64,000 nt of DNA from Octopus sinensis (lineage: Eukaryota). This document shows positions 54,957-64,000 of the stretch, piece after piece. The notes beneath the pieces are model-generated. The model saw only the letters and a list, made by a program, of their open reading frames with translations, searched no databases and was not told the DNA's origin. The translations under genes were made by a program, and so were the position numbers. The DNA is taken from contig NC_042999.1 in NCBI RefSeq assembly GCF_006345805.1, positions 98,394,001 to 98,458,000 of the forward strand. The letters are read 5' to 3'. Numbering within the stretch: position 1 is the stretch's first letter; each line of letters starts with the position of its first letter.

Positions 54957-55249
54957 GACCTAGTGGTTAGGGCAGCGGACTCGCGGTCGCAGGATCGCGG
55001 TTTCGATTCCCAGACCGGGCGTTGTAAGTTTTATTGAGCGAAAACACTTAAAAAGCCCCACGAGGCTCCGGCAGGGGGTGGTGATCCCTTCTGTACTCTT
55101 TCACCACTCTTTCTCCCACTCTTTCTTCTGTTGGCCTGCTCGCTTAGCCAGCGGGGTGGCTTCATTCGAAGGCTAAAACAATGCGAACGCATTGTGACTA
55201 GCGATGTGTAACAACATCTGATGGTCTGGTCGGTCACGTGATCACGTGA
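54957..55249 (+). mobile_element. SINE family 3 variant with a different 3' tail ending (CACGTGAT)n
   Basis: First ~170 nt align with 27698-27870; tails unrelated. Confidence 0.8.
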
Positions 55250-57009
55250 GATGGATGGATGGATGGATGGATGGATGGATGGATGGATGGATAATTTTTG
55301 TTCGCAGCAAAACGTATATGGTGCCAAACTCTGTCCCATTAAGTGTGGTTAGGGGACTATTTTTCTTCCGTACGCTTTATTTTAGCATGATTTCTGTCTC
55401 CTGGCGCCCTTCGTTCGTGAACCGCTTTACGGTGTGTGCTAGGCATATTATATCGTTGAACTATAACAAGTGAAGTTCTTTTGTATTCCGTAAGATAAAA
55501 GGGTTTTTACTGTTCTACGTTCGTTCAGAGCAAAGTGACCAATAGAGTGAACCAGAGAGAGTGGGCGATTGAAGGAGATGAAAAAGGTGAAGGGGGTTAA
55601 GAAGGGAGGGTTTGAAGGGATGAGTGGGGCGGAAACAACATGACTGGGTTCATAGTACGAAAGAAAAGGGGAAAATGGGGATAGGCTATGCTAGAGGAGT
55701 AGTACAGAGAGGCAAGAGCGGGAGGGTACAATGAGAGAAGCAGTAATGAGTACAATGAAACAGTTATGAGATAAGTAGGTAAATAGATAACTGGGAGGGA
55801 GAGGGAGGGAGAAAGAGAGAGAGTGTAAGGGAGAAAGAGAGAGAGAGAGAGTGTGAGGGAAAGAGAGAGTGGGAGAAAGAAAGAGAGGGAGAATGAGAGA
55901 GAGCGAGAGTGATTGATAACCATAGAAATGGTTAGTATTAAGAGAATTGAAGGGATGTTAGTAATAAATGACCCCTAGAAGGAGAGGAAGTAACGGATAG
56001 TTGTAAATAGCGATTGATCCAATGGACACACTCGTCACAAAGGTATCATAGGAATGTTCGGGTGGTGAGTTCAGTGTGATAAATGATATGGTGCAGTGGA
56101 CTAGATAGATAGATGAGAGGGTATTGAATAGGCAAGAGAAGAAGCATATGAAGAGTTGGAGCAAAATTGGCGAGAGGCACGGATGTTATGTATTATATAT
56201 TCCAATCTCTATAACTTCTCCCATTTAACGTACATTTCGTCATTCTTGCACCGATGGACGAACGGTTTTCTCCAGGACCTCATATCACCAATCATCATAG
56301 TCCTCCATCATCACCTTCATAAGATAAAGTATCTTGTCATTAGTCTTCACTATCTCACTTTAAGTCTTTCTTCCATAGGTTCTAAGCTCTCATCGTTTAT
56401 GTACATCACATGCTGTGCCAACGAAGTCTTCTCTTTTGCATAATACATCTTTTCCTTATGCTCTGTTTTTTTTTTCTCTTAGCATAGTTCATGCTCACTA
56501 ACATCACACATCGAGCGAAGCATGCTTGTATAATTTTCCTGTAGTCTTCGCGAGCTTTCTACTTCAATATTCACGTTCTGTTACCACACAGCATCACAAT
56601 TTGTACAAAAGCGTCATAAAATATGCACCCCTCCCCCACACTCAAAGAGAGACGCTCTTTATTAACTGCAGAGGGAATAATTCGCCGAAATTTTTCAAAC
56701 CGTTCTAACTCAGGCTACTACACTTTCAGAATACTCGGCCCCACCCCGCTACTAATTATATCATCGCGGTAACAAAGCTATTAGGGAAGTGTCTGGATAA
56801 TTGAAAAAATCTATCTCCCAAATGCTCTTAGGGGTTATTTCCCCAGTGCACAGATCTGCATATAAAGTTTATCATTTTTGTTAGCCTGCCTGTAATCCTT
56901 CTAACACTCTTTATATCTATTGTTTACACGAAGCACATCATATGGATTTTCTATGTACTGTTTTCCTTCCATTTGCATACCAATTATGGCTTATTTTCGG
57001 GTGGTAGAA

Positions 57010-57800
57010 GAGTTTTTTGCTAAGTTTTTTTTCAGTCACTTTCCCTCACTGGAAATTATTCTCAGATATTTTTTACACATTCTGTCATAGAAGTAGTTTA
57101 TTAGCATACAGGAATTACCAAAGACAGTTTTCTGTTATAATTTGGATGATTATAATAAACATGAAGCTGAGCACAGAGCTCTCACGAACCACTAGCATGC
57201 TGAATTCGTCGCTGAACTCATTACTGACTCTCACCTTGCAGACTGTGTCTTTGTACATGGCTTGTACAGCCTTTACAAACCATTCATCTATTCCCAGCTT
57301 CCTTTGCGTCCACCATATTACAGACCAAGGCAACTTGACAAAGGCCATCCTCAAATCGACCAATGTTTAACATAGGGGCTCACTCGCATCTTTGTGTTTC
57401 TCTCACTGTTATATCACTCGGTGTATGACATCAGTAAGACTTTTTCCTGATATAATCAACTTTGCACAAAGTCTTGCCGTAACTTTCAGAACCTGGTCCA
57501 ACAAGTTAATGTATAAGTAATTTCCTCTCTAGTACATCGACTTTATCCTTGTAGTAGTTATGATGATTGTGCTATACCAGTCACTGGGGATATCTTCTTA
57601 TATTATCTAATTGATTACTTTAGTAACTGGTTCGTGTGTTATTTCTCCAGATATTTCAACCATTTTAGTGACAATCTCCAACGCACCAGCTGTCTGTTTG
57701 CTTTTTGCTTATATTCCTAATTGCGTTTTTCCCTCTTGCTGCTGTGAACAACTTGGATGGCTGGTCTCTCTGTAGGGTCTACGTAGCTTAGGCTCCCTCT
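57010..57800 (-). mobile_element. Decayed RTE-clade LINE RT fragment
   Basis: VDLRMAFVKLPWSVIWWTQRKLGIDEWFVKAVQAMYKD..CKVRV.NEFSDEF (RTE RT motifs). Confidence 0.8.
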
Positions 57801-58081
57801 CTTCCCCTCTCTTTATGGCATGCTGGTTTTTACTTACGGCGTAAGTAAGAACCAGCATGCCATGATTGTATCTACACTACAGCCTAACAATCCGGGATAT
57901 GTCACGCCTCTGATATTCACGACGTACATGTGCAAAGCTCTTTCTTTCTACCTCACCTATTACTATGTATGTCTCCTCTGTAGCTGCTCTTCGAGCTATT
58001 TGAGGTATTTGACTTTTTTTCTGCTGTACCTTTTCCTAGTCTTTCCGAGTCCTTCTCATTGTTAAGGATAGAGAAAGTGAA

Positions 58082-58112
<31 letters not shown>

Positions 58113-58984
58113 GAGAGAGAAAAGTTACATGAGAATTGATACACACACACACACACAGACACACACACACACACACACACAGACACACACACACAGAGAA
58201 AACGAAACATACGCTCCGCAAATGAAAAGTATGAGCAATATTGATTTCGCATACATTGGCACGAGGCCAGATCATTTTTTGCGGCTGAGTATATAGACAG
58301 TCAGTTGTTAATCAGACCCAAGCATAACACAAGTATCTTATCTTTATCGTTTGCTTGTTTCAGTTATTGGACTGCGGTTCTGCTGAAGCACCACTTTGTA
58401 GGGTTTCGTCGGTCAAATTGACCCCAGTACTCGCTTTTAAGTCTGGTACTTATTCCATCGAACTCTTTTGTCGAACCACAGAGTACGCAGACCAGCAGCG
58501 GTGGAAGAGGACAAACACAAGCACAAAGAGATACATTCATATAAAACACACACACACACGTACGATCAGGAATACAAGCGGCTAAAATAATATCCCCCGA
58601 AGCATTTCTGGAGTAACGCTACTCTACAGGTGTAACTTGACTATCAGGGCATCTCCAGATCGAGGCGCCAATTTCCCGCATCGAGAGGTCAAAGAACCGT
58701 TATTAGGGACATGGGATTAGAAGGTCGCAGGTGGGAAAGAGTCTCAAGACAGACTCTTCAGGTTGAGCCAATGGCAGTAGACCTATGTGTAGACCCAAAA
58801 CGAGGTCATTGGATAATAACCATATTCTCAGTTGGTTACGATTGAGAATCCAGCCGGAAAGTCTAATGACGGCCGCCCCTGATAAAACCAATTGGAAGAG
58901 GCGCATGACTTAATCACAACGATCCACCCAGGAATAGTGGGTGGAGAAAATGCATGGATTGGATATGTGTGTATGTGTATACAT

Positions 58985-59047
<63 letters not shown>

Positions 59048-59068
59048 AATACATATATATATACACAC

Positions 59069-59145
<77 letters not shown>

Positions 59146-59514
59146 ATTATATATATATATATATATATTATATATATCCACATATAGTGGATTAACTGTT
59201 GAAGTGGACGAACGTCTATTTGTTTCTCTCCCAAGTCAGTAGCAAGCTACACAGCTTCAAAACTAACTGACCTTAAATATATATATTTGTAACCACGTGT
59301 TTGCCTACAAACCCGTAAGTACGTTTTCATTTAACTACAAATTGTTATATACACCTGTTTTTCTTTTAATATCCTCAAACAACCAAATAATCAAAAACTC
59401 ACACCCTTAAGAGAGAACATTTATATATATATATATATACACTTCTTTAACTCCCAAGAAAGAATATATATATTTTCAAAAATCAAAAGGAAAACAAACA
59501 AAAGAAAAACAAAC

Positions 59515-60744
59515 ATGACTAACTTGCAGGCCTGCAACAGACGAAATTGGTCTGATAACGAAATTGATGTTTTAATAAACACATGGTTCTCTCTTTCCCA
59601 AACAGAAAATCTAAATGTTTTGTGTTTGAATGAGATTGCCGAAAAAACATCACAAGTGGTCAACACACGATCCGTCAAACAGATTCGTAGCAAGCTGAAA
59701 CATATAGAAGTATCTTTCAAACTGACAAAAGGCCATTATGAAAAGCTTCTTCATATTTTCACAGTTCAAGAACAGCAACAGCTAGAAAATCAGCAGCCAC
59801 AACAACAACAACAACAGAATGAGCCACTCCTGGTTCCCAGCACAATGGCTGACCCTAACATCGGTCAAGCACAACAACAACAACAACAGCCACAGCAACA
59901 AGAACAACAACAGCCACTCCTCAACTCTAGCTTACTAGATGATTCACTAAATGCCAGTATCTTTTCACCGCTCTCACAGCAACCACCACAATTATCATCA
60001 TCATCATCACCACCGCTGCCACCATCGTCTTCTATCACCAAAAATACCAACAGAAAACCAAATAAGAAACCACTGCCCTCTTCCCCCACATCACCACCTC
60101 AATACTACTGCAGTAACAAAAACTTAAAGAAACATAGGAAGCAGAATGCGCCCCCCACGGCACAAACAAGAAATCCCCAAATATGCCGCTATTCACTGCG
60201 CCAGAGACTCTGCACAAATAGTGACTGCATCTTCACGCATCTACCCGGCACTAGACGCACTACCGGCCAAGGCCAAATCACGCATCCCACAATAACATCA
60301 ACACCACCAAATAGTAAATCGAAATTCAAAACACACACAACTCGGAGTCCCAAAATCTGCCGGTATTCCCAACGTGAGAGAACATGTCTACTGAGTGACT
60401 GTCCCTTCACTCATCTTCCAGGGACCCGACGCACAAACAGAAACGGGGCTTCAAGCCAACACACAAACCTGAATAAAAATAAAAATAGAAACACACCTTG
60501 CTGCAGTAATGCTGGTCCAGTCTTTTCAGGAAGACACAAAAACAACAACAACAAAAGTGGAAACTACAACCCTATCCAACAGTGCAACCACACCTCCAGC
60601 CAAAAACTGCTCCCTAAGCAGGAAAATTCTTTTTTAGCCATGTTGAACATGGCAAAAGAGATACACAAAAACATTCTAGCCATCACTCAACACCATCCTA
60701 TGCTATTACCCCAGTGCACCAATTCCCCACATTGCTGCCACTAA
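59515..60744 (+). CDS. LINE ORF1 protein, 409 aa: Myb/SANT-like N-terminus, polyQ, Pro/Ser-rich region, two CCCH fingers
   Basis: ATG with A at -3; WSDNEIDVLINTW...RSVKQIRSKLK; two C-x8-C-x4-C-x3-H motifs. Confidence 0.8.
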   Translation: MTNLQACNRRNWSDNEIDVLINTWFSLSQTENLNVLCLNEIAEKTSQVVNTRSVKQIRSKLKHIEVSFKLTKGHYEKLLHIFTVQEQQQLENQQPQQQQQQNEPLLVPSTMADPNIGQAQQQQQQPQQQEQQQPLLNSSLLDDSLNASIFSPLSQQPPQLSSSSSPPLPPSSSITKNTNRKPNKKPLPSSPTSPPQYYCSNKNLKKHRKQNAPPTAQTRNPQICRYSLRQRLCTNSDCIFTHLPGTRRTTGQGQITHPTITSTPPNSKSKFKTHTTRSPKICRYSQRERTCLLSDCPFTHLPGTRRTNRNGASSQHTNLNKNKNRNTPCCSNAGPVFSGRHKNNNNKSGNYNPIQQCNHTSSQKLLPKQENSFLAMLNMAKEIHKNILAITQHHPMLLPQCTNSPHCCH

Positions 60745-63700
60745 CACACACAAAAAATCCAAGCCCCCTGCAACAGTCAAAACCAGCCACTACACTAACC
60801 TCCACATTCCTACTCAATGCACAAGGTGTCAGCCCTTCCATCAATGCACAAAAATGGAAGGTCCAATTCATTGAAGACTGGGTTGGTAACCATTCACACC
60901 ACATCCCTTTCTTCATTCTCACTGAGACCCACCTTGACAACTCCCACTTGGAAGCCGAAGTGAGAGTGAAGAATTTCACAACCATCCGCGCGGATCGTAT
61001 CGGCAGGAGGAAGGGTGGAACTGCCATTTTCCTGCATGATTCATTTACGGCAGATGGAAATAGTATATTCTCCAACGGCTACTGTGAATCAGTCACCGTG
61101 CACAACAAAGCCAATGACCTGACAGTAATTGGGCTCTATAGGCCGCCCCAAACACCCATACTGTGCTTTAAAGAATGCCTCAACAGCATTAAGTGCTTTA
61201 TTCAACAGTGCCATTCTAGCAACATACTCATGATGGGAGACTTCAATCTACCCTGTGTTGACTGGACTACAAACTGTTTGAAACCAAGCACTCCCGCCTC
61301 AACCGCTGACAAAGAAGCAGCAGAGTCACTTTTCGACTTTACGAATGAGTTTTTCTTGTCCCAACTTGTCCTTGCACCAACAAGACATCAGAACATTTTG
61401 GACCTAGTGTTTAGTAACCACACTAACACTATACATAACGTTACAGTGGAAAAAAACCCTTCTTTCAGACCATGACATGGTTCTCTGTAACATGAAATTC
61501 CACCAGCCGAAAGCTAATCCTAGTGACCTTCCTCCAGCCCACCCATTTGACAACATGGATCTCCATAATGCCAACTGGGATGCAATCAAGAACGAGCTAT
61601 CACATGTTGACTGGTCCTTTACACATACACACATCTCCACCAACCATAAAACATCTTGGCAGATCTTTGTAGACACCGTCACAGACATATGTGCAAAACA
61701 CTCCCCACCAAGACCTGTGAACAAAAAGTGCAGAATCCCCCAAAACAGAAAAACCATTATCAGAAAAATAAAAAGAACAAACAAAAAAATTAACAAACTA
61801 AAGTACTGCCAACAGCAACACACACATTCGACAGCTATCGCACTGCTTGAATCCCAAAAATATAACCTCCAACAATGCATGAAGACCCTCATCAATAACC
61901 AAATATCAGCTGAGGAGAAGTGGGCCATTGAAAAAATCAAACTCAACCCCAAAGTGTTCTTTTCATTTGCGAGGAAACGCAGGGTCACTGTCTCCACTGT
62001 AGGCCCTCTAATTGACGAAACTGGCACTCTCCAAGATAATGCCAAATCCATGGCCGAGATACTGCAGAAACAATACTGCTCTGTTTTCAGCAATCCTGAT
62101 ATGGCCGATCTGGGCTGTATCAGTGATGTCAACCCCCAACACACTATATCGGACATAACGTTTAGTGCCCCTGATGTCTTAGCGGCGATAAACGAAATAA
62201 AACACAATTCAGCAGTAGGCCCCGATAGGTTCCCTGCTTGTGTCCTGAAGGTGTGTCGACACCAACTTGCATCTCCCCTTGCTAATCTGTGGAGAAACTC
62301 ACTGGATGCTGGCTATATTCCAAAAAACCTTCTGTCTCAGTCTGTTGTCCCAGTTTTCAAAAAGGGAAACAAGTCCCTTGCAGTGAATTACCGTCCGATC
62401 TCACTCACCTCTCATATCATCAAGGTATTTGAGAGGGTGGTGAGATCTCGAATAACCCAATTTCTGGAAAGCAACAGACGGCTGATCTCCAACCAACATA
62501 GGTTCCGTAATGGAAGGGACTGCCTAACGCAGCTCCTGCATCACTTTGAGGACATTTTGAGAGCTTTGGGAGAGGGCTCCAACACCGATGTCATCTACCT
62601 TGATTTCAGTAAGGCCTTCGACAGGGTCGATCACAAGATCCTATTGAAAAAACTATCCAACATTGGTGTCTCTGGAAAGTTACTGAAATGGATCAAGTGT
62701 TTCCTGACAGACAGATCTCAACATGTTGTAGTTGAAGGGGTAAAATCAAGCCCAGCCAAAGTCAGTAGTGGCGTTCCGCAAGGCACTGTGCTGGGCCCAC
62801 TTCTTTTCATCATTTACATTAATGACATTAATGACATCATCAAGCACAGCAACATAAAAATCTTTGCAGATGACTCCAAGCTACAGAAGGTCATAAATGA
62901 GGCGAGTGACCGGACATGCCTTCAGTCAGATCTACTGGCTGTTATCCAATGGGCAGAAAAAAACAATATGCTGCTGAACGAGGATAAATTTGAGCTAATC
63001 CACTTTGGAAAAGAGGATGCCCTGAAACTCCCATACTCCCTTCCTTCAGGTGAAACTCTCGCGGCGTCCAACAACATCAGAGACTTGGGAGTAATTGTGG
63101 ACAACAACATAAGCTGGGCCACTCATATAAACACCAAAGTTGACATGGCCCGCAGAATGTGTTCCTGGATTCTCAGAACTTTCCAGTCGAGAGATATCCA
63201 CACCATTATCCTTCTCTCCTCCACTTTTGCCCGACCCCACCTTGAATACTGTTGTCCACTGTGGTCTCCCCACACAATACAAGGTATCATAAAAGTTGAA
63301 GCACCTCAAAGGGCAATCACAAAAAAGATAGATGGCATGACAGGCCTCGACTATTGGGGTCGACTAGAAAAGCTAAAACTCTATTCTCTCCAACGTCGTC
63401 GTGAGCGCTACATCATCTGCATGATGTGGAAAATATTCCATCAGCATTGCCCAAATGATGTTGGCATCACCTTTAAGGTACATCCAAGGCTTGGGCCCCG
63501 TGCCATCCGCCCAAAACAAAAATCGCACTCTCATCTCATAACAACAATACGGCACAATTATTTCACCTCAATTGGCCCCGCTCTCTTTAACATTACACCA
63601 AAACACATTAAAACAGAAACTGACCCTATAGGGTTCAAGAAGTCTTTGGACAGATTCCTTCAAGAAATCCCGGATAAACCCCCTACACCCGGATATGTCT

Positions 63701-63750
63701 CTGTAAACAATAACTCTCTACTTGAGTGGGCCATAGTGCCCAAATTCTGA
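60618..63750 (+). CDS. LINE ORF2 (APE endonuclease plus reverse transcriptase), broken by one extra A at ~61450-61456
   Basis: LTETHL, GGGT-like KGGTAIF, MGDFN, LDLVFSN, (S)DH after removing one A; YLDFSKAFD, GVPQG, FADD; frame opens after TAA 60615-60617. Confidence 0.9.
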
Positions 63751-63839
63751 CTTGAAAGACTTCACCAGGTGGTGCTATTAAGTTAGACATGGCCTGGGCC
63801 AATAATGGCCGAAACCTATCAAAGTATCAAAGTATCAAA

Positions 63840-63895
<56 letters not shown>

Positions 63896-64000
63896 ATATA
63901 TATATACATTTACTCGCTAAATCTTCTAACCACGTTAAAGTGGTTTAGACGATAAAGTGTCTCTTTTCAGCGTATAGGTAAGATTTTCCAATGCCCTTAA

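Larger units (their letters stand above)
59178..63840 (+). mobile_element. Full-length CR1-clade LINE (5' UTR, ORF1, ORF2 APE-RT, 3' UTR, (TATCAAAG)3 tail), flanked by (TA)n
   Basis: Two ORFs, intact RT motifs, CR1-type C-terminus RPHLEYCCPLWSP...RL..L.LYSLQRRR, 8-bp tandem tail. Confidence 0.93.

Noticed and set aside
58560-58900. GC-richer block with an integrase-like DRGANF..REVKE snippet
   Set aside because: Many stops and only one short motif; not enough to call a Gypsy remnant
63790-63815. GGCC-AATAAT-GGCC-GAAAC in the CR1 3' UTR as a hammerhead half
   Set aside because: No CUGANGA upstream; treated as a LINE 3' stem-loop

Overview
AT-rich eukaryotic DNA dense in microsatellites and transposons. 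The SINE, LINE and microsatellite landscape looks like an Octopus (cephalopod) genome, inferred from repeat style only. I recognise no host protein-coding gene, rRNA, true tRNA or CRISPR array, and most listed ORFs are microsatellite artefacts. Mobile content: a near-intact full-length CR1-clade LINE (59178-63840) with a truncated sister copy and a diverged 3' fragment; fragments of L1-Tx1, R4/Dong, RTE and L2-like LINEs; mariner and Tigger/pogo remnants; a non-autonomous Helitron; and many tRNA-derived SINEs. Best leads: (1) two diverged repeat copies (18476-18541 + and 45491-45556 -) carry the hammerhead-ribozyme core segments in a non-canonical, pseudoknot-like order, with five compensatory base-pair changes; (2) the full-length CR1 has an ORF1 with Myb/SANT-like, polyQ and 2x CCCH modules, a U-UUU-UUA slippery site exactly where the ATG-less ORF2 frame opens in -1, and sits inside (TA)n tracts; (3) a tRNA-headed SINE carries a minimal Penelope-type hammerhead.
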